Shown: positions 1 to 17,639 of the stretch, one piece after another
How positions within the stretch are numbered: position 1 is the first letter of the stretch
Layout: each line of letters starts with the position of its first letter
Assembly (NCBI RefSeq): GCF_009914755.1
Contig: NC_060941.1
Length of the DNA stretch: 64,000 bases
DNA from: the human T2T-CHM13v2.0 reference genome, Homo sapiens
Direction: 5' to 3' (one strand)
Made by a program: the position numbers and the translations under genes
Notes under the pieces: model-generated
Told to the model about the DNA's origin: nothing
What the model saw: only the letters and a program-made list of their open reading frames with translations
The model's database searches: none

Positions 1-782
1 CCAGGACAACTATTGAGAAGAAAGAAAGAAGAATCATAAAAATATTAACATCAGTTGTTCATGTATTTTAGGGGAGTAGTATAATTTTCCTTAAGGGAAA
101 AATATTGTTTTATTTAAGAAAGCCTGATAATGGATGTTTGCTTATGAAAAGAGAGACTCAAGGCTAATTCTGGATTTGAGAAGTTGAGACAATGGACTTG
201 AATTTGCTGTAGATAACAAATCAGCAGGACTTTTCAGCTAGCCCTTGTGGATTTGGGGCCTGGAACTCAAAGAAGTGAGAGAATAGGAAAACAGAGCATA
301 CGAATATGATGGCAGATCAAGCCTTAAGGACAGAGTCCATAAAGACAGACTATCTGATAAACTTTATCAACACTAATATCTAATATTCAGTTTTGAGCTG
401 TATACCGTTCTGCATGATAATTTTCCTTGGTAATGCCTAAACCTTCCATAAAGTTGTACTGGTGGTGCCATAAAGAATTGACATGAAGGTGTGGACAGAC
501 TTAAAGTGACATTAGGTCTTGCTTACACCACGCTCTTCTTGAGGTCAGTCTTGTAGTAGGGCAGCAGCATTGCACCTAAGGAGTTCCAGAGTTCTAGATG
601 GTGACCAATAGCAAAGTAAGTTGGGGAACCCTTGGATCTCATGGTTCAAAACCATGTTATGAGGGAGGGACAGGGCACAGAAAGAAGAGAATCCCCTTTA
701 ATCCTAAAATACTAGAGGAAGATTGGTGGTTGTTCACTGTTGTTTGCATATACAGTCTGGTCCCTCATAGGGACTGACCATT

Positions 783-1403
783 TGTGCCAGGTATTGCTAC
801 TGCCAAGCTATTGTTTCTTGGATCTAAACCCCCACATCCATACTGTATACTTGGGATCTTGGGGCTGGGACTGTGAACAGTTTTCTTGTTTGCCGGCTGG
901 CCCTGTTAGGCTCTGCCAGTAGGTGGTGCTAGAGAGAGAGAGAGAGACTGCCAGGCTGGAGCTGGGAGAAGGGATGGCTGCCTTCCCGCGGGCTTCCGGT
1001 CTGTCTCTGAGCATCACTATAGCGATTCACCCTGGCGGCAGCAGTGCCTCTCTGTAGCAGCCGCTGAATCTACTGTGCAGTTTTTCCAGCACCACAGAAC
1101 CAGCTGTCTCCTGTATCCCTAGAGACACCGGCACCAACTGGCTGGCATCCCGCCCTCACGGATCTGAGTTTCACCTCCATGGAACACCTCCTGATTCGAG
1201 CTTCAACTGTTAATAATTACAATCTCTCTCCTTTATTCCCCCAGCCTTAAGGGATTAGGGGCTCTTCCCTCAGTCGCTACTTCCATGATACCCTAGAATT
1301 CTCTTTTGGCATTTCCAGTTACCTAGTGAGCAGTTCTTTACATTCTTTCTTGTTCAAATAACTGGCGTGGTTTCTGTCTCCTGACTGGACCGCACCGGAT
1401 ACA
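783..1403 (+). mobile_element. Solo ERVL LTR, LTR41-like
   Basis: TG...CA termini (tgtgccagg ... ccggataca); internal blocks match the recalled LTR41 consensus (ctgttaggctctgcca..., ttcaaataactggcgtggtttctgtctcctgactggacc). Confidence 0.8.
914..931 (+). promoter_or_regulatory. Candidate CTCF site within LTR41
   Basis: TGCCAGTAGGTGGTGCTA closely matches the CTCF core CCASYAGRKGGCRS; LTR41 is a known CTCF-carrying family. Confidence 0.6.
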
Positions 1404-1763
1404 CTAGCAATCTCTTTAGGGGAACTTCGGGCTTGATTCTGGCTGTAGCTGGGATCCTCTTGGGCTAGGGCAGGCTGGCCTTCAAGTCTTCCACTCCAGG
1501 GTCACTTTGCTGCTTGCCATAGAAATGCCTGGTCAAGCATGCCCACCAAGACTGTCGCCTTCCCTGTATCTCCCTCTCCACTGAGCACGGATACCTTCTG
1601 GGTCTTCTCTGTGTCAGGTGCAAGCTGCTAGGGGGGCTTCTGCCCTGTCTTGTCTGGAAATGCTTGCTGCCATCTCTTTATTGTCCTGCCCATGTCTTGT
1701 ACTATGCATGGCATTGGTAGGACTCTCAATTTCTAATGTTAATCAAGAAAGAGCACAGTAGGG

Positions 1764-1910
1764 AGCTTGGTGCAGTGGCTCATGCATGTAGTCCCGGTTA
1801 CTTGGGAAGCTGAGTGGGGAGGATTGCTTGAGTCCAGGAGTTCAAGGCTGCAGTGAGGTATCATCGCACCACTGCGTTCCAACCTGGGCTGGCCTGACTC
1901 TTAAGAAAAA
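1764..1910 (+). mobile_element. Alu monomer (FRAM/FAM-like)
   Basis: Single 7SL-derived arm with short A tail; degenerate TSD aagaaagagcac/aagaaatagcat. Confidence 0.8.
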
Positions 1911-3325
1911 GAAATAGCATGTTAGTCCACACATTTACAGATACACCTAAATTTCCAGAGGATTCTCTCATATTTTTCTTTCACTTTCCCTGTTTTTTCC
2001 TTGTTACTTGGAGGACCTTGAGCTACTATGCCCTCCCTACATTGCTTTACCTTCCACCATCTCATCTCCTATTTCCAGGCCTTTTTATCTTGCCTTAGGG
2101 CAGAGGGAAGAAAAATAAGTTCTCCCAATTCACACATGCCCTCCAGGGATTTTTCTCTCCTGGCCTGTTGTCCACTGTACCTGGCAGTTTGGAACTCACC
2201 TTCTTCCACGCCCTCCCCTCCCCGCCTCGCTTTTAAAAGCTTCATTGTAGGAATTTTTCAGAAACATGTAATTTGAGGTCTCATATTGCCGTCTGGCTAA
2301 AAGTGAACATGCCATTGATCAATCTGCTTTTATTATACTATGTTCCTAATGGTGGCAAGCAAGACAAGAAGTAGAAAGAAAGATGGTGTAAGCTCAAGAA
2401 CCCACTAAATCTATCCTATGGCCTGGGTTCACCCAGCCTGCTTTGTGGATTTTGTCTCACTATAACAGAGCTCCCAAGGAGACTGCAGAGTCAGCTCCCT
2501 TAAGCACTGTAACTAAAGCCTAACTCTTCCGTTCCACCCAACAATGTCCCCAGCTCATCCTCTTTCCCGAAGTCCCCTTTCTGCCCCAGATGCGAATTGC
2601 ATTTAACTAATCCTCAAGTGAAATGTCCACACAGAATTCCATTTTAATTAGCATACCATAGTTTTTGTGCAAATTTGCTTTCAGAGGACTCCCATTGCAG
2701 CTGCTCAGAGACGCTAATGGCAGGGCCTCTTGATGCTTTCCCGATAGCTTTCAGCTGCAATAGCTCTTAGGCAGAATGCCATGAGCGTCCTGCCCAACTG
2801 TATTACTGGGGAACACCTGATTGGCTAGAAGTTGATCCTCCTGTAACTTTTCTGAGTTCTTTACATTTACTCGTGAAACCCAAATATGCCACTTCTTATC
2901 AGGATGCCATGAAACGTAAGTGTCTAGGATGAAAAGAAGAATTAGGCTCGAGACTATTTTCTTCCTTCTGTACCATGAAATTTAACTACTAAGATGGATT
3001 TTAAAATTGTTTTGTCCAGCTGGCTCATTTTATAACTGGGAAAAGTATGTTTCCCCCCTACTTTTTTTTCTTTTGGCTTGAATTGGTGCTAGAATCTCCA
3101 GCTAGTAGTTCTTAATGCTGGATGCACATTAGAATCACTTGGGAACTTAAAAAAAAATACCAATGCCAGGCCCCAACAAGACCAATTCTGGGACTTCAGA
3201 ATTGCTATTTTTTCAAAGCTGTGTATGGGCTGTATTGTGTCCCCCTCATCTATACGTTGAAGTTAGAATCCCCAGTACTTTAGAATGTGACCGTTTTTGG
3301 AGATAGCCCTTTTAAAGATGTAACT

Positions 3326-4007
<682 letters not shown>

Positions 4008-4225
4008 GGTGACAAGGACACGGATGTATACGGGGGAAGACCATGTGAGCACACTGGAAGAATATGGCCATCTACATGTCAAGGAGAACGGCCTCAGAAG
4101 ACACTAACCCTGTCAACACCTTGATTTCAGACTTTTAGTCTCCAGAACTGTGAGAAAACACATTTCTGTTGTTTAAGCCACCTAGTTTGTGGTACTTTGC
4201 TATGTACCTGAGCTGAGCAATACAC

Positions 4226-4648
4226 TGTCATGCCAGACTCCTATTAACTTCAACAGGGATGGCACCATGTTCAAGAGGCTGATGAAGAGACCCAGAGCCA
4301 GTGAATGAGACATAGGGTTTATGGAGGAGACTTACATACAGTGTGGTCCAGCAGTGGTGGGCTGGACAGGAGAACCACAACTGCTTACAAAAGCATGCAG
4401 TTTATATAGCATTTTCACTTAGCGCCCTCCCCTTAACAACCTCCACCTGGCAAGCTTCATTTAAACCCAAATAAAGGGCCTCAATCCCCCGTATGACCTG
4501 TGTTCCATGGGCTGGGTCAGGGCTTCAGATGTTCCTCACAGATAAGGAATGAATCTCTAGGTTGACCACTGCTGGATGCCTTGCCGCGGAACTCTGAGCA
4601 CACGTTCTTCTTCTGAAGTTTAGCTATTGCTATCACATGTGTCTGACA
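4226..4648 (-). mobile_element. Solo ERVL LTR, LTR47-like
   Basis: TG...CA termini; reverse complement begins tgtcagacacatgtgatagcaata; TATA (gctatataaac) on the minus strand. Confidence 0.7.
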
Positions 4649-6264
4649 TATATATACTTCCCATGTAATTCTAATGTGTAGCCAAGACTGATTGCCAGTG
4701 GGCTAGAACGGAGGCTGGAACTTAGCAGGAGCTGCAGAATCAGATTTTTTGAATAAAGGACTGAGTTTTCTAATTCTTTCTAGTGTTCATGCCACAATAC
4801 CAAGTCCACAAATATCCAAATCTACTGGAAGAATCTACAAATAGTAATAATTTCCTAGTATGATACCTACTCTCTTCCTGAATTCTCTGCTGAAGCCAAA
4901 CTGGTTTTCTCACCGTTCCTGAACACTGACCAAGTTTTCGTGCCTCTGGGCATCTTCTCTTTTTCTGATTGGTATGTTCTCTTGGTTTCTCACCTGCTTC
5001 TAATGCTAGCCATCCTTCAAGCTTCTCCTATGACCCTAGTCAGAAGCTATGCTTTTCCTCTTCTGGGCTCCTGTAGCCATCCTTGATTGTGAGAGCAACT
5101 TGGCATTTATATATGCACACTCCTGATATTTACTCTATTGTCCTCTAGGAAGACCACCAGCTTCCATGACATCTGGAGGCAGGTAGACCAAGCTTTTGCC
5201 TTGGCTTTGCCCCTAGCCAGGTAGCTAATTTTGGGTCAGTCACATTCTCTGTCGGGATCTCTTTTCCCTCGCCTGTTACAAAGCTGGGCTGGATGAGTTC
5301 CTGTCTAGTTCAAACATCCCCTGGCCTGTGGGTCAATAGTATCCACAGCTCCTCTCTCAGCTTTGTTGGCCACTGCCTGCCACAGAGCTTGGCATTCAGG
5401 GGATGCTTAATAAATATGTAATGAATAAATGATTGAATGAATTTGTACGTGTGTCAGATCTGAAAGAGACATAGCATCAGGGCTTGGCAAATAGTGAAAG
5501 CTAAAAAAAATCTGAGCAGCTGAATGAGTGAATGAATGAAGGAGGGGAAGTTACAGATCAGTTGGTCCAATCAATTCATTTTATAGATGAGAAAACTAAG
5601 ATATAAAACATTCTCAGAGGGGAGTTTATGGCTCATCTTTTCATCTGAGTGAATAAACAGAGCCCATTAACACCCCAAACTGAATATGAAGTGCAAACGC
5701 TATAAGGCAAAACATCAATTAGCACACATGTTGTCCTTTCATTGAAAAGCTTCTTGAATGCACACATTTGAGGAAGAACTCCCTTAATAGCCCTCTTTGG
5801 AGAGTGGAAAGATTGCTGGACCCTGTGAAAGAAGATGTGGCCTCTGCTTATGGCTCTTGAGCCTTCTCTCACATTGATTTATCTTCCTTCTTAAAAACAA
5901 AAACAAAACCTGGAAAGTACAGTGGATGATTTAACAAACACTCATAATCTAACAGTCCAGAATTAAAAATGGTTTTGTCCTATTTGCTTTTCATAGGAGA
6001 TAGAAACTCTTATAAGTAAAGATAAGCCTCATTTTCAGCCCCGTGCACTGACCCAGTCCTTCTCTCCCTACAGGCAGTTACTACCCTCAATTTTATATCC
6101 TTCTGCTCCTTTTTTCCTCCTCTTGTTTTTGAATACAGCTTTGTATTTTGTCTCTTTGAATTTTCATATTAATAATGTTTTATTAAGGTACAATTTATAT
6201 ACAGTAAAAGATAAAATCTTAAGTGTACTTAACATACATTTGACATCAAGACAGAACCTATTTC

Positions 6265-6561
6265 AGCTGGGTGTGGTGGCTCATGTCTGTAATCCCAGTA
6301 CTTTGGGAGGCTGAGGTAGGCAAATCGTTGAGCTCAGGAGTTCGAGACCAGCCTGGGCAACATGAAGAAACCCTGTCTCTACAAAAAATTACAAAAATTA
6401 GTCTGGTGTAGTGGTGTGCACCTGTAGTCCCAGCTACTTGGGAGACTGAGGTGAGAGGATCGCTTGAACCTGGGAAGTCAAGGCTGCAGCGAGCTGTGAT
6501 TGCTCCACTGTATTCCATCCTGGGCAACAGAGTGAGACCCTGTCTCAAAAAAATAAAAAAA
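6265..6561 (+). mobile_element. AluJ inserted in an old minus-strand L1M 3' fragment (~6150-6850)
   Basis: AluJ diagnostics (gtcaaggctgcag); flanks match L1M 3' end motifs. Confidence 0.85.
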
Positions 6562-6877
6562 TGAAAACTATTTCTCTCACTCCAGAATTTTTCCTTGGGT
6601 CCCTTTATTGATAGTATGATCTCCCCTAAGAGTTAGCCTAATTTTTATTACAATAGATAGTTTTGCCTGTTCTTGAACATGGTGTAAATGCAGTCCCATA
6701 ATATACACTCTTTTGTGTGGCTTCTTTTGTTCAACATCATGATTTTGCAAGTCATCCATATTGATACTTGTCTCAGTAATTTATACCCTTTTATTGATGG
6801 ATACTATTTCATTGTATGAATATAGGACAATTTGTTTATCCCATAACTATGTATTTTTATATATTTAAAAATATCAT

Positions 6878-7370
6878 TGTAGGACTGTTTTCTGGGCAGT
6901 CTAGGACCAACCGAGTTTCCAACCTCATTTCAGTCTTTTGCTTGTAGTTCTCAAGAATAACTGCAGAAGGTGCTGGGAATTCAACATCCTGAGATAAGGA
7001 GAAACTGGCCAGAAGAGCCTGGGCTCCTCCAGTCCCTGCTAGAAACAGGATGTCCTTTAGCACTTCAGCGCAATGATCCTGTGACTTCTGGGGTATAGAA
7101 CCCAGGGTGGGCTGCTTTCTAGGGTGCCCAGCTGTGGTGTAAGCGGGGCATGAGAAGATGAGATGAGACTCCATCTGCATGAGCAGCTTTCCTGAGCCTC
7201 GGGGGAACCAGCTTGTCATGAATCCTAGTCTTCTGTTGTCGCTTGCTGTCTGTCTGTAAATAATAAGCCTGCTTCATGTCAGTTGCATGTGTGAGTGTTC
7301 CGTCTTCTCACTGAACTCACACAAGTAGCAAAAGTGCAGCCCCAGATGCAGGGGGTTGAACCTGCCTCCT
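6878..7370 (+). mobile_element. Solo ERVL LTR, LTR32-like
   Basis: tgtaggactgttt start; gttctcaagaataactg...gggtatagaacccagggtgggctgc matches the recalled LTR32 consensus. Confidence 0.7.
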
Positions 7371-7431
7371 AAGCATGTCCGGCATGTCTGCTTTTATAGT
7401 GGAAGTGGGGATTATGTATGTGAACTTTCCT

Positions 7432-7734
<303 letters not shown>

Positions 7735-7824
7735 CTTCCTGACGTTCTTAACTCTTAGAAGCATTTGTTTCTTTCTCTGTGAAATGATTTTGCTGAATAA
7801 ATGTGCCCTGTGAGACATTTCTCG

Positions 7825-8900
<1,076 letters not shown>

Positions 8901-8969
8901 ATTAAAGTTAGGCCTGTTCCTGTCCCCACTAAATAGATATTAAATAAATATTTAAAGAATATCTACTTG

Positions 8970-9296
<327 letters not shown>

Positions 9297-9714
9297 CTAC
9301 TTGAAATGGCAATAAACTATTAGTCTGTGCAATGTAGTCTCACGTTCCAGGCAGATTCTGTGTAATCCTTGACTAAGCATGTCCAAGCCTCTGAACTAGC
9401 ATAGCAGCTATAGTTGGAAATGATATAGACATTTAAAATCAATAAAATACTAAGACCCTGAAAAAAATTATGCCCTGTGAAGGGACCATTCCCAGACTGA
9501 TTCTGGAATAACCTGGAGCCATGTTTTCTGGCCTTCAGAAACGCCCGGGGGGGCTTAAAAGTCATCCTTAAGATTCAGAGTCAGCGGGTTTGGGATGGAG
9601 TTCAGGCGTTTTTTTTTTTCAAGTTACACGTGGTTAAAAATTACTGTCTGAAAGTCTCCAATAATTTTAATAGCTCTTGTGAAATTTCAAAAGAAGTACT
9701 CAAAGAATTTCCTC

Positions 9715-9837
9715 TACTGGGGAGGGTGAGGTAGGAGGAGCTCTTGAGCCCAGGAGTTTGAGGGGGCAGTGAGCTATGATCGCCACTGCACTCCAGCTTG
9801 GGTGACAGAGTGAGACCCTGTCTCTTAAGAAAAAAAA
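9715..9837 (+). mobile_element. Alu right-arm/FRAM fragment
   Basis: ttgagcccaggagtttgag...gtgagaccctgtctc followed by an A tail. Confidence 0.75.
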
Positions 9838-11240
9838 GCCCCAACAATGCAAGACCTATGGCAAGCAAATAGGTAATAAAGTGGCAGGTATTACCAATCA
9901 CTAGGAGGAGGAGGGGATGTTTTAAAATCAAACCAAGCTCTTTAGGATGTGTTGGAAAAGTCCCTGGCCTGGCTCTGGGAGATCTGGGTTCTGGCTCCAG
10001 CTGTGTGACTTTGGGCAAGTTGCTTACTATCTCTGGGCCTCAGATTCTCCCATTAGAATAAGAAGAGCTGGGGCTAGAAAGTTCCTGAGATTCTCTCCAG
10101 CCCCTTTTCTCAGTGCTTCTCAGATACAAGAGGAGGCCTGCATGAAGGAATTTGGCCCAGCACTCATCCTTATTGTGGATAATACCCATGGGAGGGGTGC
10201 CTCCTTCCTGCTAGATTAATTTTATTTGTGACAGGCCTATGAAGCAAGGTAAATCCTTTGATTCACATGGATCCTTTGCAAGAAAAAACATGTAGTTTGG
10301 AGCAGTGAGAAATATAAAAACACTGCTAAGTCTGTGAGAGGGATTTGCACGCTACTGCAACATTGGTTCATGCCTCTGTACGTGCAAGGGAACAGCTTAT
10401 GATTTGCCTGCAGGAATCAGAATTGCCCATCCACAGCATGTAACTGCACCGACATGTGTGCCTCATCTAGAATTATAGTCTGCAGAAACTAGCATGGTGT
10501 CAGGCACATAGCTGGTGCTCAATAAATACCTGATAACTAAACAATCTATTTGGAGGTACTTTGAGGACTCTCCTTCTTCAGTCTGGGGAGAGACAGTCGT
10601 TGATCCCCCTGCTGTCACCACACAATTTATATTTGAGTAATGGACTTCACTGCTTGCTGCTGCTTTACACCCACAGAGGGAGGGTTTGAGGAAATAGGTA
10701 TGTTTGGGGTGGGTGTAGAGAGTCGGGGGCAGAATTCATACACAAGTTTTCTTGGATCCAAATTACCCTCAATCTGAGAAAGGGGGTGGACATTATGAGA
10801 ATCCTTTTTGAAAAGCAGCCTCTTCCCCAAAGATATCTAGAGCAAGCAGTTTCATTTAAAAAGGCTTTCTTGATTTTTCTGGTCCTCCCCCGCCTTTGCT
10901 TTTGTAGTTAACATTTACATACTAATAAAGTGTGAATATATTGGTACAACAAACACTTGGCATTTGAGAAAACAAAGGTCAGCAGATATTAATCTAAAAC
11001 AAATACTAGCTAATGGTTTTTTAAACCATTTTTTAAACAGATAAGGAAATTTGGGCAAAAGAGAAAAGAAGTGTCTTCTCATCTAACTACCTGCCAATTG
11101 TATGGAGAAAAACCTCAGTCTCCTATAGGAAAAAAAATCGTCTGAATCAATAATGACTGAGGAATAACCATAACTGATTAGAAAGCTTGTGGGTCTCCTT
11201 TCATCTTTAAAAAAATTGTGGTAAAAAATCATGTAACATA

Positions 11241-11601
<361 letters not shown>

Positions 11602-12427
11602 TCATGCAATAGATCTCCAGAACTTTTTCATCTTGTAAAGCAAACTCTGTACTTCTCTTTAACTTTTGAATGCTGGAAAAAAGCAAGATAAACATGTTCT
11701 GAAAGGGATGAGTTATGTCTGCATGTTGTGAGAATCTGGCTTTACTCAAGGGATGGAAAGGAGAAAATTAACTAAATTAATATTTATTGAACACTTGCTA
11801 GCTAGGTGCCAGTCCCTGTCAGATAACATACTCTGCTCCTCTGCAGTTCTGAGATCCCACATGTCTTGTTTTTGTTGATCTTGTTCACATGAAGATGTTA
11901 CAGGAGGGTGTAATTCTCCCAAATTTTTTTTTTTTTTTGCTAAACCCTGACTATGCATATGATACATAGAATCTGGAGCACTTGACAGGTTTTTCCAGGA
12001 CTCTGAGCATCAGTTTTGCTCACCAGTCCTGCTCACCAGACCCACAGAGGAGCCTGGGGCTGGTGGAGGTGGGGCAGGACTCATTGCCTAGTAGCTGTGC
12101 TGACATAGGCAGAAGAATTGCTACCGTACTCAGGTCCTGGTTGTGTGGCTTTTCAACTTCTTTATTCCTTGCTCTATTTCAACCAAGCTTGTGGTTGTGG
12201 GTTGAGAAACAAATACTACTCAACCATTTAAAGAACTGATAAGGACATTTGAGCGAAGGGGAAGAGAAGGTAGAACATTAGAGTGAAGCTGTGTTTGCCA
12301 CACAGTCTCTACCCAGCTTTCTGATTCTGGAGATCTAAGTCTAGTTTCTTCTTAAGAGGAGCACCTACTATGTGAGATTTAAATACTCTGAGCTTCAGTT
12401 CTCCATTTATAACATGAGAGCTGTTAA

Positions 12428-13020
<593 letters not shown>

Positions 13021-13492
13021 GAACCAAACTCTTTACCTCCAAGGGTCATGAGAATTACATTAGAAAGCACTATATAAATAAATTATTGTTATCATAACAG
13101 AGATTCCTTTTTTCAACCCAGCTCAGTCAGCATCTGCTAAAAATGAATTATATAGACGAAATTTTTAAGCAAGTGGGCACATTTGCAGCAGTAGGCAATT
13201 TCCTTAGCCTTTTTGAATTGTGGATGTTTTTTTCCATCAAGTCATTACAGAATGATCTGCAGAACAGAATTTACAATGTTTTGACAAACTACACACACAC
13301 AAAAAAACCCCTGAGAGTTAGTTCTAAATATCCAGGTCTCCAGGTATCACTCTTTCAATATTTCCTGAAATTTTTAATGGAAGTTCTCTACATGGTTAGG
13401 TAGGGAAGTTTGTGCTTCAGTGGAAATTTATGCATTGTTTAGAGCATACTCTTTCAGGTTATTTTATTCTGATTATATGGGAGCTTTGCACC

Positions 13493-13934
13493 TGTTATAA
13501 ATGGAATTCTGTCCCCCCGGAAGTAATATGTTGAAGTCTTAACTCCCAGTATCTCAGAGTATGACCTTGTTTGGAATTAGGGTCTTTGCAGATATAAGAT
13601 GAGGTTATACTGGAATAGGGTGTTCCCCTAATTCAATATGACTGGTGTTGCTATAAAAAGGGGAATTTGGATGTGAACACACACAAGGAGAATGCTGTCA
13701 TGTGAAGATGAAGGCACAGATCTGGGTGATGCCTCTATAGCCCAAGGAATATAGCAGATTGCCTGCAAACCAACAGAACTTAGATGGGAGGTATGGAATG
13801 GATTCTTTCTCACAGACCTATTGACACCTTGATAGTGGACGCTCAACCTTTAGAACTGTGAGGCAATACATTTCTGCTTTTCAAGCTTCCCCATTTGTGG
13901 TACTTTGTTAAGGCAGCCCTAGTAAAGGAATACA
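13493..13934 (+). mobile_element. MaLR LTR, MLT1C-like
   Basis: tgttat...aattctgtcccc start; agaactgtgaggcaatacatttctg...gcagccctag..aataca end. Confidence 0.8.
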
Positions 13935-15616
13935 TTGCCTTTGAGTTATTTTAACCTCAAAATTGTAGGTAACTATTAGCAATGCAAAATAATTATTGTC
14001 TATAGACATGCAAATTTTGTCCTCTCCACGTAGAGACTTAACTGGCTTCTTTCCCCTACTGTGAAAGAAGACAGTTTTGCTTTCATTTGCATGTTCATTT
14101 CGATATTCTTCATCTATAAACATGTCTGCTCTTTGGTTTGTCCTTTGAGTTGGTTGTTAACATCTTAGTTGTTCCCTCATTTGGTCATGAATCAAATAAA
14201 ATCTTGAACACAAGTTTAGTTTATATCTATATGAGTCTCATGATTTTACATTTTTTTGGGGGAAAATTATCTTTTAACAGTTCCTTATTATCGCAGAGTT
14301 CTTCCATGTGTTTATTTTATATACTTATTTATTAAAAAAATTTTTCTTTTTCTGTTTTTGATAATAGTGTTCCAATGAGTCAGAGACAGATGCATCTATG
14401 CTATATTGATGAAGGGTCATCTGTGGGACACAATAGCTCTCATTATACTTGAAGCTGCTATTATCACTTGAAGGAGGAAGCAGTCATTCCACGTTTCTTC
14501 TAGCAGCTGTCAGTTACAGAGAGACAGAATTTGGTTCAACAAGAAGATAAACTTGCTGATCGTCAGAGCTAAGACAAAATTAACTGTCTTGGAAGTGAAA
14601 AGTTTTTGTGATTGGGTGGTGCAGGGGGGTTGTCTGCCCTTTTGGTGGGCTGTCGTATCAACGTTTAAAGATCAAAGTGTCGGCTGGAAGTTTTAGGTCC
14701 CTCCTGGGCATGAGAATCAATAATCTGAAGATATAAAGACAGACGTTAACATCCTCTCCTCTGCCTCTTCTCTTACTTCCATATCTAGCACTCTCTTGCC
14801 TTTGCTAAACAATTCCAAGTCCTTTCTCCCCGATTCTGTAGTCCTGTAACCTCTCAGCCAATCTCTCATTTTCTCTTCAATCTTGAGACATCTTTGGTTT
14901 TTTTTTTGGAGGAGGGTACTGCTTTCTCATCATTAGCTTGAGTTCACCAGACTGCCTTCCAGACTGAGTCAGGATGGAACATTTGGAGCCTGTCCTCTGA
15001 GCCTGGGCCTGGGGGCTTCTAGTGCAGCAGGTTGTCCGTGACAAAGATGTCACTGATAAGTGGCTAAGAGACACGGTGAATGGGGTGTTACTGCCTGACA
15101 CACTGTCTGGGGCTGCGATCTAGCAAAAACTTGGAAGGTATAATTAATGCCATACGTGTGTTGTGTAATGCCATAATAAATCTGCCTGTGATGGCTTCTC
15201 ATGGGCGTTTTCTAACTCTTGGTGTTAAGCTTCATGAGTTCCCATCACTGCTTTCCAGGCATGTCATCATTTCCAGCTTATAATTTGCAAAATGAGAGAG
15301 ACACCTATTAGCAGGGAGCCAGTTAAGGTTACATCAGTGACTTCATTATACACCACACCTCTTGCAGGTTTATAATTATGCAGTTAAAAAATGAAAAAAA
15401 ATTGCCAAAGGCAGTTGCTTGACATAAATATATAGATCCAGTCCACAAGAATTATTGATATAATTTTGTTTTGCCTTCTTTTATTAAAAAAAGTAGATTA
15501 AAAAAAGCAGTGAGCATCTTTATCTGTGTGCACGGAAATTCCAACGTAGTTTCAATGCATGAAGTTTATGGGTGTAACACGGGTTTTATCTTGGATCTTT
15601 TAAAAAACTTAATTTG

Positions 15617-15930
<314 letters not shown>

Positions 15931-17639
15931 TTAATTTAGCTTTGGCAGGCAGCAAGTCACTCTTGCTGTAATGGAAGGTGAACCCTCTGTCCATTTATTG
16001 TTGAGGATCATTATTCTTCCAGGATGCTGCTATTAAAGATTGCGTTGCAGATTCAAAGGGTGATGGTGAGACACAGATTTGACCAAGGGCAGGCAGCTGG
16101 TTCTGAGTCCTTACTAGGGGCAAGTATAGGGGCCCTGTTACCTAAACAATGATCTGTAAGCTTGAGTCAAGTAGCATAATGCTGTGATATGCTAGCATGA
16201 CATCAAATCAACCAGAAAGACAGTAATTCAGCAAGTCCACAGGCAGCTGGCCATCTTTCTTCATCCACGGAGAAGCTCCTTTCCCTTTATTCCCATCTAA
16301 TGTGAACCCTCACCTCATTAGCCAGAGGTCCACAGTCAGTGCTAGCCATGCAGAGCTCAGTGACCACTGGGGAGTCTGCAGTATTGAGCTCTCAGAGCCA
16401 GAGTTCCCTCCTTCCCTCTTTCTGCTGACTCTTTACTGGGAAACTCATGTCTATCAGGTCCAAGTCCTTGGATATCCTCCCTCAATTTACTGGTTATTCC
16501 ATCATGTCTCATTACACCTCCATTACAATGAGAAGAGTTGCTTAGGGGTTTCTTCTCCTAGGAGAAACGTATTACATCTCTTCATGGGATTTCTGGCTAA
16601 TCCATTAACTCAAGAAAATTGCTGGCTCCAAGGGTATTCACACTGTAAAACATCTCTTTTTCTTTTCAAATAAGTGTTTAACTTCATAAATCATGTATCC
16701 CAAAGAGAATCATTTTCACACCTTATGAAGATCACCAAAGAGAAAATATTATGTCTCCTTTTATTTTTCTTTGCAATTTGAGAATGTATTTATCTCTTTA
16801 GGAGTCATGATTATGAAAAACTCAAGGTAAATGGAGTTCTTATAACCTATGTCTTATTTCACCACTAGTTTACATGATCATCTCTGAGCTTAATTTCAGG
16901 TTAATTTCTCTCTGATGGTCATTTAGTGAGAGCTCCCAGTGATCTGCTTCCAGGTTTTACAGTCAAGTTGTTAATGATCCATAAACCAGCCCTTTAATTT
17001 ACTGAAGACTTGGTATTTTTCATGTAAAGACATTTCAAGGCAAAAAGAGTTCTGGAATGCAACGGATCATACCTAGTTTCTATTTTATAAAATCAGATGC
17101 ATGTCTATTAGTTGTTGTGTAATGGCATGTGGGAAAAACTGGGCGTCAGGAAACCTGGGTTTTAGACCTGACTTTGCTGCTAATATGGAATAGAATCAGT
17201 GTCTGACGATATTTGACATAATCCTGATACTCCCATCTTTGTCTATGGCAGACATTGCTAATCAATCAAGATAAGATTTCAAGTGGAGCCCAGAGACAGC
17301 CTCAGAATTCTTCTCAAAGTGGCTCTCTAGGCTGCTCCTGCTGATTGATTAGGATTACTAGAGATGAAAACTACTTGCCACTTTAGGGCAAAGCAATTCT
17401 CTTTTGTCCAAAATTCTATTGTTGTGTATACATATAATCAATGTTCTTTCTGGGGGAAAAAGATAAATTAATAGAAGAATACTTATTTTTTTTCTACCCG
17501 AAGAACTTTGGATTTTCAAAGGTCAGAACTTTGATGGGGTCTTCATGAGATGTGCTGGAAGCTCAGGAACTTGGCTCCTTGGGAGGTGCAGGAGGTCAGG
17601 GCTCAGACAGAGGCTGAGGACACTCACCCAGCTGCACTG

